From Octopus vulgaris (lineage: Eukaryota): a DNA stretch of 64,000 bases. The notes below the pieces were generated by a model. It was not told the DNA's origin. It searched no databases and saw nothing but the letters and a program-made list of their open reading frames with translations. Positions 41,977-56,680 of this stretch are shown one piece after another. The stretch's first letter is position 1, and each line of letters begins with the position of its first letter. The stretch is from NCBI GenBank assembly GCA_951406725.2, contig OX597838.1, positions 39,990,001 through 40,054,000 of the forward strand, given 5' to 3'. Both the position numbers and the translations under genes were made by a program.

Positions 41977-43072
41977 GCGCGCGTGCGTGTTTGTGCACCA
42001 CCACCACCATCGCTTGTCAACTGGTATTGGATTATTTTGCATCCCTATAACTTAGCGGTTCGGCAAAAGAGACCGATAGAATAAGTACTAAGCTTTACAA
42101 AAAAAATTAATATTGGAGTGATTTGTTCGACTGAATCCATCAAGGCGATGCCCCAGTGTGGCCGCAGTCCAGTGACTGAAACTAATAAAAGATAAAAGAT
42201 CAAATATGTCGACGAAGTCATAGGCCTACACAAAGATGCTTGGATGCCATTCTTGTCTCGATGTCGATCTGGAATTAAACAACGACAGACGATACATAGA
42301 CAATGAGAGCAATAGAAACTGCAGCAACAATAGTTTGTCAGAAAGGATTTAAAATTTATTAATGTTTCTTGTCAAAATTTGAATTTGGTTTTTCTGTCTT
42401 TGTGTTCCACGATTATTACGGAAAACAATAGTCTGCGTTGCCAAAATGTATCAGCTAAGGTACACTTCAGAAGGAGCTCTTTTGTCTAAAATACCTCGCA
42501 GTTGAACTTGGACTGTAATAACTGTTAAAACGAGACAAAAAATTGTTGATTATTGTATGAAAACAGAAAACGTTTACCTATTTATGAAACACAAACATTC
42601 GTGGAAATGTGAACAGAGAGAGAGAGAGGGAGAGAGAGAGAGAGAGAGAGAATGAAGAAAGAGAGGAGAATTCGATAGGGAGTGGAAGGAGAGTGGTAGG
42701 TCAGGGTAGGGATAGGGAGAGATGGAGAGGGGGCAGCAAGAAAGAGTAGAAACAACAAAATAACCATGGCTACAACGGAACCAAATCCTATGACCCAGGA
42801 AAATTTCAACCTCACTCTCTTTCTCTTTCTTTTTCACCCCATCTCTCCATCCTTTTTCAAAGACAAACGGTCGTGGACACTTGCCAAAAACACACCTTCA
42901 CTGCATTAGGCCTCTCAGATGTAGACACATCACTTTCTGACGATGAGGATTGACCAAGTAAATAAAACCTCGAAAACAAAAGCGAGACAAGCAAAAATGA
43001 CAATTTTTTTTAAAGCTATTCTCACTCCCCTTCTCTCCCGCTGTCTATCTGTCAGTCTGTCAGTCTATCTGT

Positions 43073-43124
<52 letters not shown>

Positions 43125-43287
43125 GATCCACTCATTTCTCCAGCTTTCTTCTGGTATTCTTTTAGTCTTTTAATTGTTTCAGTCAAATATATATAATGGG
43201 TCTACAAATACAATATTCTTGCATATCTCATATCTATTTTCGTTCCTCCACTTCACTCTCTATTTCGTATCTTATCTAAATTAGCTA

Positions 43288-44556
43288 CGAGGGGCGTTCA
43301 ATAAGTAATGCCCCTGACCCACTTGCAGTTGTTTGATCTAGCTGAAATTTTGCATGTGCAATTATTTATATCTCTATACAGTAAGTGGCGAATTACAGCT
43401 CTGAACTAATTGTGGTTTCTGATTTACAGGTGTTTGAACTGAGTCAAGTGTGAAATGGAGCCTGTTGAGTGTCGAGCAGTGATCTGGTTTTTGTATTTGA
43501 AAGGACGCACACCACGGGAGACTTTTGATGAAATGAAAGTAACTTATGGTGATGATACCCCATCATATGACCTTGTAAAACGCTGGCATTATGAATTGAA
43601 ACATAGTCGGAACTCTGTGGAAACAGCTCCCAGATCTGGTCGCCCCCTTCTGCCGTTGATGAGACGTCTGTCCGTCAAGTTGAGGCTGCCGTTTTGGAAG
43701 GTCAACGCATAACTATTCGCCAAATAGCCCATGTGGTCAAGATTAGTACCGGGTCTGTGGAAACATCATTCATGACCATTTGCAAATGCAAAAGGTGTCT
43801 GCCAGATGGATTTCCAGGTTGCTCACACCTTTCCAGAAGCAAGAACGCGTTGAGTGCTCGAGGATGAATTTGGAGATGTGCCAAGAAGATGAGTCAAACT
43901 TTTTCAAAAGACTGATCACACAGGATAAAACCTGGGTCCATCACTATGATCCATAGACCAAAGCCCAGTCAATGCAGTGAAAGCACCGTGACTCACCTCC
44001 TCCAAAGAAGGCAAGGGTGCAGCCCTCCGCTGACAAGGTCATGCTCACAGTCTTCTGGGACCAGGACGGAGTAGTGATGACAGATTTCCTGGCAAAGGGT
44101 ACCACAATTACAGGAGCCTATTATGCTTCACTTTTGAGGAAATTAAGAGAAGCTATCAAAATCAAGAGGCGGAGCAAGATCAGCAAAGGCATCCTCCTCC
44201 TGCAGAACAACACTCCAGTCCACAACTCGCATGTCGCCAGATCAGAAGCACAAGCGTGCAGCTATGAACTCCTCCCCTTGCACCCTCTGATTTTCACCTC
44301 TTCCCAGCCATGAAGTTGATTTTGAAAGGAAAGCGTTTCCCAGATGATGCAGCCTTGATTTCTGAAGTCACGTCGTGGTTGGAGGACCAAGATGGGGTCT
44401 TCTACAAAAACGGTCTCCAGAACTGTATCAAACGATGGGAGAAATGCATAAGTCTGGGTAGTTCCTATGTAGGAAAAGATTAATAACTGTGCCAAGTGTC
44501 GTTGCTCTACTGCTATGGGAAGTGGGTCAGGGGCATTACTTATTGAACGCCCCTCG
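43288..44556 (+). mobile_element. Full-length mariner (DD34D), disrupted
   Basis: Same TIRs with TA TSD, 1269 bp; transposase has frameshifts and stops. Confidence 0.95.
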
Positions 44557-44778
44557 TATTGCTTAACCATTTTCTCACACCGTCTCCGATTTAGCTGAAG
44601 AAATCGACCCCTGCATATGTATATCCTGGAAGCCTAGTGCTTATTTTGTCGGTCTCTTCAGCCGAACAGCTAAGTTATGGGAACGCAAACACACCAACAT
44701 ATTTTGTCAAGCGATGGGGAGGGACACATACAGACACAAACACTTATACATAAATATATACATACATACATATATATA

Positions 44779-45110
44779 AAGACCCCCTTCGGTCATGAAT
44801 GACCATGGGATTGCACCTAGAAAGTTACACTCCTAGACACAAGTCTGGGCAAGGTTGTTTATGGAAGACCAGCAGTCGCCCATGCATACCAGCCTCCCTC
44901 TCCACGCCACCAGTGTTATCCAAGGGAAAGACAAAGGTCGATACAGCTTGGCACCAGTGACGTCGCAACTCATTTCTACAGCTGAGTGAACTGGAGCAAC
45001 GTGAAATAAAGTGCTTTGCTCAAGAACACAAAACGCAGCCCGGTCCGGGATTCGAGCTCACAACCTCACGATCGTAAGCTCGACGCTCTAACCACTGAGC
45101 CATGCGCCTT

Positions 45111-45112
<2 letters not shown>
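44779..45112 (-). mobile_element. tRNA-derived SINE (family 3)
   Basis: Inverted copy of 49253-49590. Confidence 0.82.
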
Positions 45113-45171
<59 letters not shown>

Positions 45172-45515
45172 TGTGATCACGTGACCGACCAGACCATCGG
45201 ATGTTGCTACACATCGCTGATCACAATGCGTTCGCATTGTTTTAGCCTTCGAACGACTCCACCCCGCTGGCTAAGCGAGCAGACCAACAGAAGAGAGTGG
45301 AAGAAAGAGTGGTGAAAGAGTACAGCAGGGATCACCACCACCCCCTGCCGGAGCCTCGTGGAGCTTTTAGGTGTTTTCGCTCAATAAACACACACAACAC
45401 CCGGTCTTGGAATCGAAACCGTGATCCTCCGACCGCGAGTCCGCTGCCCTAACCTCTGGGCCATTGTGCCTCCACCTACCTAACTGGTAGCACTTGCATG
45501 TGCAAGTTGTTTGCA

Positions 45516-45582
<67 letters not shown>

Positions 45583-47622
45583 TATACATACATACATACA
45601 TATATATATATACATATATATATATATATGACGGGCTTCTTTCATGTGTGTGTTTGTATATATATACATATAAAAAAAGTTTCAGAATGAGATAAAAAAA
45701 AATAAGACTATGATGATTTTAGAATATTTATATCCCTTCATCGGGGACGGTGTGAGAAAATGGTTAAGCAGTAATTAGTTAATTTAGATAAGATACGAAA
45801 TAGAGAGTGAAGTGGAGGAACGAAAATAGATATGAGATATGCAAGGATATTGTAATTGTAGACCCATTATATATACATACGACAGGCTTCTTTCATTTTC
45901 CATCTACCAAATCCACTCACAAGGCTTTGGTCGGCCCAAGGCTATAGAAGAAGACACTCTTTAAAATATAAAGAGTTGAATTTCGTGTAGCCACCTGTTG
46001 GCATCTTTTCTCTCCCTCCCCCGTTTTGTAGGGGCTTTACCCATTTTTCTGGGTTCTTTTCACTGCTATACCCCTTCGAAATTTCTATCAGTTTTTGTAT
46101 GAAAAAAAACATGAAGGGAGGTGGGGCTTCTTTGTGGTTTTTAGAGAAAACGTGAAACGTGCCAGAAAAAAAAACATGGTCTTTCCTGCTAGAAAGAAAA
46201 CGTAAAAACCTGAAAGGCTTTCCCTCTCTTCATTACTAAACGTCTTTCCCTCTTCTTCATTGTTAAAAGTAAAGAAGCCTCAAAAATCGATCGTATTTCA
46301 GTCTAATTGCCATTTTAAATGACTGATGCTTTATTTTCTCTGTCTCTATCGATTCACTTCTTTTCTCTACGGTTAAGAGAGTGAAGGTGCGTGGCTCAGT
46401 AGTTAGGGGTATTCAGCCCACGATCATAAAGTCATGAGTACGATTCCCGACGGTGCACTGTGTTCTTGAGCAAAGTACTCTACTTCACCTTATTGCAGTC
46501 CACTCAGCTGGCAAAAATGAGGTGGGGGGGTCAGCCTTGTCCCATTCTGTGTAAGACTGAACCTCCCGAGAACTACATTATGGTATGCATGTCTGTGGAG
46601 TACTCAGCCACTTGTGAGTTAATTTTACGAGCAGACCGTTCCATTTGTCAGATAAACAGGAGCCTCGTCGTCATAACCGACCGAGTGCCAATCTTTAATA
46701 AGAGTGAAAGAAAAGGAAATGTTCCGTAACGTAAGGCAAAAATGTCACGTGTTTAGTGTAAGCAGTGAAAGCTAAGACGGAATAATTGCTATTCCGTCGC
46801 CGTAGTGACTTCGCACTCGATTCACGCTCAGTTTGATAACAACAGCCTGCGCATGGGTGTTTATCTGGGGGCTTGGCCTCCGGATCTATGAGACCCACAA
46901 ATGCCGATATTAGAACCGGATTAACACCCATAGTGATCCTAACGATTGAAAATATTTTCCTGTGCCTATATAGGATCTTTTTTCGTTTTCTTCCAACCAC
47001 TTGAATGTTCATCTTGCTGAAGTCCACTCAGATGGCCAAAATGAGTTGTCTGTGTGAAGCTGAATCTTCCTGTTTGTGGAGTAGTCAACAACTAGCAATT
47101 TAATTATATCGTCGTGTGGTAATGAAAAGTGAAAGTGATATCCAATATTTGCTGTAGTTATTTGTCTTTGATTTAACAATCTGTCTATGTATCTATGTAT
47201 CAACTTTTCTTTCGATCTATGTATCTACTTTTCTTGTGGTGTATGTATTAGTCTACGCTCAAAATACTGATAAACATCCAAAAACACAAAACGGACGCCG
47301 TGACCACTCAGTGTCTCTCTCAATCTATCTCTCTTGCTTTCTCTCTCACTTCCTCTCTGTCCTCCTCTCTACTACTTTGTCACTAACTTTACCTTTAAAG
47401 TAAGTGTGATGGGAGGTACGTACAAAAACAAAATGTTAGCGTATCAATATTATTGCTTATAATCATCACCTTCCCTTCGTTTTCCATAGCCGTACTTAAG
47501 AGCATTGTATTTTTCTATTTTTTCGCCTTCCTTCTTGATTATTATTGGGTCGAAGGGGCATGTAATGTCGTCGTCATCATCATCATCATCATCATCATTT
47601 CACCACCACCACCACCACCACC

Positions 47623-47653
<31 letters not shown>

Positions 47654-47673
47654 TTACTACTACTACTATTATT

Positions 47674-47704
<31 letters not shown>

Positions 47705-47721
47705 GTAGTAGTAGTAGTAGT

Positions 47722-48275
47722 ATTGAGTGAGAGAGAGTACATGCCTTCAAAGTGACACTGGGGTACAAATATACGAACCCCATATACACCCATCATGACT
47801 ACCCGTCTGATAAGGGTACACCAGGCACATGCATCACAACCATATGTGCGCGACATGGTGATCTCATATCAAGATAAACAGCACATGTCCTTGCAGGTGG
47901 GGCCCAGTTACAATTTTCTTCAGGTTGAGTAGCCCATCCTGCTCAAAAGGTCCCTGAATAAGGGTTGTTTAAGGATGTTGAAAGAACAACCCATGTTTCC
48001 AGAGGTAAATTATTCAAACCCCAAAGAATTCCTCTCAACACATGGCTATGATGCTCCCTCACTACATCTGCTCATGATCAGAGATGCACATATCGTCAGC
48101 CACTAAGGGACATGCTCAACTGGTTAAGGTCAAACAACTGACAAGCAAATCTGTGGTATTGAGCAGAATATTTGCTGTAGCCCATCTTTTATACCAAGAC
48201 AAAACAATGTACATGATAACACTTCCAATCAGTTAAGATCAGAAGCCATGAGAGCCACTGCCTGGTACTGCATCT
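47722..48275 (-). mobile_element. ~550-bp non-coding element inserted in (TAA)n (putative non-autonomous partner of the R4/Dong-like LINEs)
   Basis: Second copy at 58140-58630, fragment at 57345-57460, three terminal fragments in the 33-34.7 kb array; always bounded by TTA/TAA repeats. Strand is inferred. Confidence 0.65.
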
Positions 48276-48276
48276 A

Positions 48277-48410
<134 letters not shown>

Positions 48411-48799
48411 GATGATGATGATGTTGTTGTTGCTATTGTTATTATTATCAAGGCGGTGAGCTGGCCGGATAGTTAGCACGCTGGACGAAATGCATAGCGG
48501 TATTTCGCCGGTTGCTACCTTCTGAGTACAAATTCCGTCGAGGTCGAGATTGCCTTTCATCTTTTCGGGGTTGATAAATTAAGTACCAGTGAAACACTGG
48601 GTCGATCAAATCGAATGCCCCCTCCCACCAAATTTCAGGCCATGTGCCTAATAGAAAGGATTATTATTATTATTATTGTTGATGTTGTCGTTGTTGTTGT
48701 TGTTTTTGTTGACCAAACCCATCAACTGATACATGAACAGACGTTAATTCAGCTCGGTCTGAAAGTTGCCAATATTAATGATAAGGGATTTCTTACGTT

Positions 48800-48905
48800 T
48801 TAAATCAGATTTTTAGGCTTGCCGATTCCTTTGAGCCATTTGGCAAATTTTTTACCGCTTTCTGTCGGACATTTTGAAGCAATTTTGGTAATGTCTTTCC
48901 ATATC
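48800..48905 (-). CDS. Stanniocalcin-like protein, paralog C, terminal coding exon 4
   Basis: Minus-strand acceptor ttttttctttttattaaag|G completes TT+G; (L)IWKDITKIASKCPTESGKKFAKWLKGIGKPKNLI*; W-x9-C-x10-W as in A and B. Confidence 0.82.
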
Positions 48906-49184
48906 CTTTAATAAAAAGAAAAAAAATTATATCGTTTATTACTCAAACATAAACATCCGATTTTCTGTTGTTTTTCCTGTTGTTATTCAGAGCCATCGAA
49001 TTTCACCTTAATTAGCCAGACCTATGATCAAGTCTCAACTGCCTCTCCAGGATTAATTCGTTTGTTAAATATGCCTATAACCTTCTACTTATCACGAATA
49101 ATTAACTCCAGATATCAGTTTCGTGGGTGTTTTTGTAGTTTTTCAAAAGACGAAACAGTGTAAACCGATTTGAGAAATATTTAG

Positions 49185-49252
<68 letters not shown>

Positions 49253-49255
<3 letters not shown>

Positions 49256-49590
49256 GGCGCATGGCTCAGTGGTTAGAGCGTCGAGCTTACGATCGTAAGG
49301 TTATGAGCTCGAATCCCGGACCGGGCTGCGTGTTGTGTTCTTGAGCAAGACACTTTATTTCACGTTGCTCCAGTTCACTCAGCTGTAGAAATGAGTTGCG
49401 ACGTCACGGGTGCCAAGCTGTATCGGCCCCTTTGCCTTTCCCTTGGATAACATCGGTGACGTGGAGAGGGGAGGCCGGTACGCATGGGCGACTGCTGGTC
49501 TTCCATAAACAACCTTGCCTAGACTTGTGCCTGGGAGGGTAACTTTCTAGGTGCAAGCCCATAGTCAGTCATGACCGAAATGGGTCACAA
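49253..49590 (+). mobile_element. tRNA-derived SINE (family 3)
   Basis: GGCGCATGGCTCAGTGGTTAGAGCG...GCTCGAATCCC head, then a non-tRNA body. Related heads at 46383-46690(+) and 24155-24480(-). Confidence 0.82.
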
Positions 49591-49594
49591 TCAC

Positions 49595-49625
<31 letters not shown>

Positions 49626-49673
49626 AATGTATGTACGTATGTATGTATGTATGTATGTATGTATGTATGTATG

Positions 49674-49739
<66 letters not shown>

Positions 49740-49772
49740 AGTAATTGAATGAATTATCTTATTAAAGATATA

Positions 49773-50678
49773 CAGGGTGAGGTGAATAAATTGTCGTCTA
49801 AATTACGCAAAAAAGGAAAATAACACTGACATCTCATTTTAACAGATATATTTACCAAAATCATATACAACTATCCTGAAAATTATCCTAACAATATCCT
49901 GGAAAGAGAAAATTTATTCAATAAAAATAGCCATTGGATTCAATCACAGCCTCCAGACGACTTCGGACTCTCCTGCAACTCTTCTGGACGGTCTTCTTGT
50001 TTAAGTTGGTGAGTGCTACAATTATACTTGCCTTCAGTTAATCTTTGGTGTTACAAGGAATTTTGTTGGTCCCTCGCTCAACTGCGCCCCGCACATAATT
50101 ATCAAGTGAGTTGCAGTCTGGGGAGTTAGGTGGCCAGATGTTAGGGGTGGTGTTGTCACAGAAATTGTCTGAGAGCCATGATTGGGTTCTCCTACTTATG
50201 GCATGTCGCAGAATCCTGTTGCTAGACATAGGATCTTCCAGCAACTACCCTCTTCGCCCAAGGTAGTACAACTCCTTCCAGGAATTTTATGTAGGCCTCT
50301 GTGTTGTGTCTGAGACCGTGCGGAAAAATGAAAGTAGGCATAACGTCGCTATCACTAGTGACCACTCAAAACACCATGATATTGACTGGTTGTTTGGTTT
50401 TTATCACCCTCGGCACATGTCCTCAGACTGCACTCTCCTCAGATTGACACCTAAACACTCTGAAATGTTCGTATTGGAGCTTCCAGCGCGACTTCCACAC
50501 AGTAAAGCATGTCGTTTCTAAATTTCTGGTAGAGGGAATTGCGTCATGGTGCTGTTTTTCTCACAGAGAGTGCCCAACAGACCCTACTATACTATGTAGT
50601 TGACAAAATCAAAAACAAACAATGCGGATACGCGAAATTAAAAATATTAAATGGTGACACTCTACCCATCGCTCCCTG
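49773..50678 (-). mobile_element. Tc1/mariner-superfamily element, degenerate
   Basis: TA-CAGGG...CCCTG-TA ends; WPPNSPDCNSLDNYV motif. Confidence 0.78.
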
Positions 50679-50715
50679 TATATATATATAGATATGTGCA
50701 TGTATGTATGTATGC

Positions 50716-50748
<33 letters not shown>

Positions 50749-50959
50749 TGTATGTATGTATGTATGTATGTATATATGTATGTATGTATGTACGTATGTA
50801 TGTGCTTGTGTAGATATGTACGTGTTTATGTATGTGTGTATATAGTTGACATCTTGAGAATTTTGTAAGCTTCAGAGAGAACGTGAAATAATTCTTTCTT
50901 GGAATATCTCGAAGAAAACTCATAACGGTATAATTGATAGCTGGTGTATACTGGTTTGA

Positions 50960-52300
50960 AAAATCCTCTTGCATAGAACATGGCAAAGTTAATTTTCCTT
51001 CCTTTGCAGTCTTTAAGTACAGTCTTGTCTACCAGGAGTTGATCCTTAGTATCTCTGCAGTTACGCCGCTTGCAACCTTTCTGGTCATGTGGCACGCCTC
51101 CATTTTTTCCAGATATCCACACATTGACTCTGCGACAATTCCAGTCAATAATTTCCATATAAGTGGCAAGCAGGATATTGGCCTGTAATTGTCTACTGTA
51201 TTGCCCTTTTTCGATGTTTAGCGAGCACATCACTGTCCTTACCCATTGTCAACCACTCAGGTGTTACTTGGTCGGCATTTAACAAATGTTGAGTTGTGAA
51301 GTTATTCGTGCATGACATTCACCAAATCTTTTGATCCAGTAGCTTTGAACTCCATCTAGTGCCGGAGCCTTCCAGTTGCCCATCTTTTTGCTGATTTCCT
51401 TCATTTCCCTAACTGAAATGACTAGTTCTGCCTGTTGTGAACAGACTACTGTTTGTTTCAGTTCTTGCAACCATTCAGCATCCGTCTTGTTCTCCTTGTC
51501 TTTGCTCCAGATGTCACTCCAAAACCTTTGACTTTCAATGTTATCTGATATTAATTTTTCATCTGTACACTCTCCACTTATTTCTTTGTAGAATCTATTC
51601 TGATCTACTCTGAATAACCTATTCTGGTGGTAACCCTTCATTCTTTGGTCGTATCTTTCCATCTTGGCTTTCTTTGCAACCAGCGGCTGTTTCAGTTCCG
51701 CCATTACCACTTTCAGGCACTTTCTTTCAATCAGTGCCCTGTATTTTTGTTCGCTTTTAAGCTCCCCCTTTCTTTTCGGTCTAGCACAGAAATGTCCTTC
51801 GAGAGCATATCTAACCCCACCTCTATTCTTCTTTTCCACCATGGATATTGTCTTTTGTCACTCACATTGCATTTCTTTTTCTTGACATCAACACCCACAT
51901 TATCTGCTACAATACTTGCTGCCTTGAGCAAATTATTTGTTTCTGAGATGTTTTTTTTTGTGATGTATTTCAGAATTTCATTTACATTTTTCGTTTCTTG
52001 GTTCAATTTCCATCGATCAACGTTTTTAAGGTTGCAAATAATGTTGCTATCGTTCTCCTGTATCTTTGCTTTTATTCTGTCGTAGATTGCCTTTTGCCCA
52101 TCTGTCATGCCACCATTAGTTTTATTGTCTTTTTCCAAACTATCTTTATGTCTCTCATTGAGGAAGCTATCACTGTTCCTTTCCTGTGGTTCATTAGAGA
52201 TATTCCACCTATGTTTTCTGCTGAGTCGGACCAGTGTCTCTGAGCCTGCCGGATGTAACACTGTCATCGTCACTAGATGTATCATCAACCAGAGCATAGG
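50960..52300 (-). mobile_element. R4/Dong-like LINE fragment (N-terminal region to start of RT)
   Basis: PWWKRRIE, QNRLF..DQNRFYK, NWKAPALDGVQSYWIK and [16 protein letters not shown] motifs. Confidence 0.82.
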
Positions 52301-52479
52301 GAGATTTCAACCACTTCCTTTTATTATTATTATTATGTTTTTCCTTTTTTCTTCAAATTTTTTTCCATTTCTCGCCGAGTGTTTTCCATATGTTTTCCCA
52401 GATTACACGCGCAAATTCACAGATAAAATATGTATTTAAAAATTAATAAATAAATAAATTCATGGATAGATGTTGTTTT

Positions 52480-54218
52480 CACAGTGATAGAGCTCTTCTC
52501 AGTACATGAGCCGTTCAGTTAATACGATTTTTTGCACTTCCTGTAGGGATAGTAAGCCTGGAATCATTTTCAAATAGGTTTCAGTACCTTTTTTTATCAT
52601 TCCTAGAGATTCTACAATCACTGGTACTGTAGTCGCCTTGAGATGCCACATTTTTTCAATTTCTATTAGTAGGTCTTTATATTTATTAATCTTGTCAAAT
52701 TCTTTCGCCGCTATATTGTGATCGCAAGGGATACTCATGACAATTAATAAACACATCTTTGTCTGATCTTTTATAATAATATCCGGTTTATTAGCTTTTA
52801 TAGTTTTGTCGGTCTGCACGGGGAAGTCCCATAGAATCGACACATTTTCTCCCTCAGTCACAGCTTCAGGATGGTGTTTATACCATTTGTCAGCGGGTTT
52901 GATTTTATAATGCCGACATATTGTCCAATGTAAATACTGGCCGACTCTGTCATGTCTTGCTTTATATTCTGCAGGTGCTAAGACTCTACACCCTGAGATT
53001 AGGTGGTCTATTGTTTCAATATCATCGTTACAGAATCGGCATTTTGGGTCAGCTCCATATTTTATCACATTGGCTTCGTAGTTCCGGGTTAATAAGCTTT
53101 GGTCTTGAGCAGCTAATATGAAACCTTCACTCTCTACTTTTAGCCCCGAGCTTCGTAACCATTGGTGCGTGTGTTTCTGGTCGACATCAGCTTGTTTGCT
53201 ACGGGCCACATACTTGCCATGGAGAAGTTTCTGTTCCCATCTGCTAGCTAAATTTTCATGTGCTTTTGTCTTTGCAATTAATTTTATATTCTTTGCAGCT
53301 GCAATTGGTGCATTTCATCCAGCCTGCTCAATCTGGTGGGTATCTAAGAGATCAGCAGCGAATTTTTTGCTCTCTTTGAGAATAGAGTGAAGTTGTTTCG
53401 GTCTTTCATGTTTTTCAACAAGTTTTAGCATCCAATCTTTCGTTGCTTCAAGGTATTTGGCCAGTCCGATTGTGGTGGTTTTGTATGTAAGTTCAAGCTG
53501 GATTAAACCTCGCCCTCCCTGAGCCCTGGGAAGGTAAAGATGATCCACGTCTGCCTTTGGATGGTGCATCATATTACAAATCAGTAGCTTGCGGATTTTT
53601 CTGTCAATTTTCATTATTTCACTGGTATTCCAGTTAAGCACATTGAAGCTATAAAGAACAACTGGTACTGCTAAGGAATTTATGGCTAAAACCTTATTAT
53701 ATGCATTCAGCTCAGACTTCAGGACTGCTCGAACTCTTCTATAATATTCTTCCCTAACCTACTGTTTCATGCTTGCATGCTGAAATACCAGAGCCTTCAT
53801 TTATTCCTAGGTATTTATAGGTTTGTTCCTGCTCAGGTTCCTTTATTACTATTTCGACATCTAATTCGATTGAACTAGACTTTACCATTTTCCCTTTCTT
53901 AAAAGTGGCTTTGGCACACTTTTCAAGGCCAAACTTCATCCCGATATCATCACTAAATCCTTTCACAGTATGTAGTAGTCCTTGAAGCTCTTCATCACAT
54001 CTGCCATATAGTATTAAATCATCCGTATAAAATAGATGGCTTATTTTCCTGTTGTCAATTTAGTAGCCATACCCTGTCCTATTAAGTTCACTTGAGAGTG
54101 GTATTAGTGCTATGCAGAAAATTAGTGGTGAAAGTGAGTCACCTTGGAAAATTCCACAGTATATGCTAATGTTGTTTGAGCGCAATACTCCATTAGAATG
54201 ATATAACTGGAGCTTCGT

Positions 54219-54220
<2 letters not shown>
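52480..54220 (-). mobile_element. R4/Dong-like LINE 3' half (RT end, CCHC knuckle, PD-D/ExK endonuclease)
   Basis: GIFQGDSLSPLIF, YTDDL, GGRGL, CRFC...HLISGC, RHD, KPDIII, KYKDL. Confidence 0.9.
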
Positions 54221-54312
<92 letters not shown>

Positions 54313-54323
54313 TATCATTAATA

Positions 54324-54388
<65 letters not shown>

Positions 54389-54479
54389 TATGGTTTTCTT
54401 TCATTATAACTTTATTTCAACTGCATCCTCCGGAGGCCAAATCTAGCAAGGGCACATTTGTTTTGCTATGCATGCTAAA

Positions 54480-56680
54480 ATTATCACCACATTTATTCCA
54501 TTTTAGATGGAGAGTGTTTTCCGTAGTATATGGGTTGTACCCGTCAAGGCTATCTTTTGTACTTCACAGAGATTGGAGTTAGCAGTGAGTTGCTTAATAT
54601 ACTTCTCAGCTCCCTTCTTTATCATTCCCAATGCACCAATTTCTACTGGTATTATCATAGGATTAAGCTTCCACATTTTTTGGATTTCAATTTGCAGCTC
54701 TTTATAGTGAAAAAGCTTTTCGCATCCCTTTCTAGAGACATTTTGATCTTGTGGCATAAATATTAATAGACAAGATCTTCTATTGTAGTCCTTGATCATG
54801 TCTGGTCGATTGGAGTCAAATATTTTGTCTGTTTGTATTGGAAAGTTCCAAAGGATGGTGACGCCCTCGCCATTTATTACGCACCCTGGATGATACCTGT
54901 ACCACTTATCATGGGATTTAATTTCGTAGTATTTACATGCATTCTAGTGGATGTACTACCCTAGCCTGTATTACCTTATGGGGTATTCCTTTTCAGCGAG
55001 GACTGGGCAGCCAGAATTAACATGATCAATTGTCTCTGTGAATTTTCCTAAATTCTGCAGGTGGGGTCAGATCCATCTTTAAGGACGTTTGGATGGTAGT
55101 TTCCGGTAGGTAATCTCTGATCTTGTACTGCAATAACAAAACCTTCTGCGTCCCCTTTCAGACCTGTCCCTTGTAGCCATTGGTGTTATAGATTTTGATC
55201 AATATCTGACTTGGACAGGTAGTTAGGGTATATTCCATGCAGGAGTTTACCTGTCCAGTTGTCTTCGATATTATTCATGAAAGCCTTCCTTGCTGTTTGT
55301 TTGATGATTTTTGCATCAGTGATAGGTTTGTTACTATTTGCATCTCGTTGGTCTTTCTGGTTGTTAATTTCTAAATCAGGAGAAACAATGGTAGGTCTGT
55401 CAGTATTTGGGTTTTTTAATAATTCTTATAGTTAACTTGTAAACCAAGAGACTGTTTAAATTTCTGATTAAGATTCATGACTGAAGCTTGTTTGGAATCT
55501 TCATACTTCAGTGGCGTTCGTAAGAGCACGTCACTTGTTGTATTAAGGTATTTTCAAGGCCTATTATTGCTGATCTGAAGGATTGTTCAAGCTGTATCAG
55601 GCCTTTACAACCTATTTTTCTTGGAAGATAAATCTTGTCTACATCTGATTTTGGATAATGTACTCGGTACCTTGTAAAGCTTTTACGGAGCTTTCCATCC
55701 TTATTCTGCATAGCAGTGAAACTCCACTTAATGATACTGAAGCTATATGTAGTTACTGGTATGGCCAAAGAATTATTTAATTATGAGTTTAGGACCATTT
55801 TTACCCTTCAGTAGCATTCCTTGCGGATTTTCTCTTTCATTTTAGAGCGCTGGATACCATCACCTTCATTGGTTCCCAGATATCTGTATACTTCGGATTG
55901 GTCAACATTTCGAATAGCTGTGGTAGTATCAAGTTTTATGTTTTCTCCCTTTTTGAACTTTCCTGCCTTGAAAGTAGCCTTTGCACATTTATCAAGTCCG
56001 AATTCCATATCAGAGCTGAAGTCTTTGACAATATTCAGGAGCTCTTCTAATTATTTGTCGTTTTGGCAAACAGTTTTAGATCATCTATATAGAGTAACTG
56101 ATTAATTTTCTGGTCAAAGATCTTATACCCTCTCTTAGTCTTATTCAGTTGCGTGGATAAAGGGAACAGACTGAAGCAGAATAGTAATGGTGATAATGAG
56201 TTGCCTTGAAAGATACCACAGGCGATATTAATGTCTAGTAAGGTGGTATATCTTTGTGTATAGTTTAAAATGAGGGTGGTTCTCCACGAATTCATGATTA
56301 CTTTTAAAAAGTTCACAACTGTTGGAGCTATCTTCTAAATTTCCAGAGCCTTGATGATCCATGCATGAGGGTCACTGTCAAAAGCATTCTTGTAATCTAT
56401 CCAAGTGGTGCTAAGGTTTCTGCGTTTAAATTTGCAATTTTCAATGACCATTTTATCTATCAGTAATTGGTCCTTACATCCTTATGAACTCCTTTTACAT
56501 CCCTTTTGTTCCACTGGGAATAACTTCCTTTTATCCAAGAATTCATATTCTTTATTCGCTATTATAGCTGTTGCTAGTTTATATATGGGGGTGAGGCATG
56601 TTATGGGTCGGTATTTTAGAGGGTTAGTAGTTTCTTCTGTTTTTTGGTAAGAGATATGTAATCCATTCTTCATTTTCCAT
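54480..56680 (-). mobile_element. R4/Dong-like LINE, degenerate RT to endonuclease
   Basis: YRPITCL, GIFQGNSLSPLLF, YIDDLKLF, FGLDKCAK, IGALGMIKK. Confidence 0.88.

Noticed and set aside
46695-47203. Non-repetitive-looking minus-strand ORFs
   Set aside because: No recognisable motifs, splice pattern or paralog; left uncalled.
48230-48275. HDV-like ribozyme at the presumed 5' end of the TAA-associated element
   Set aside because: Could not build a convincing P1-P4 nested pseudoknot by eye; needs an RNArobo or Infernal search.
49253-49330. Possible tRNA genes (also at 1728, 60431, 48451)
   Set aside because: tRNA-like heads continue into shared SINE bodies present in several copies; no clean cloverleaf with terminator.
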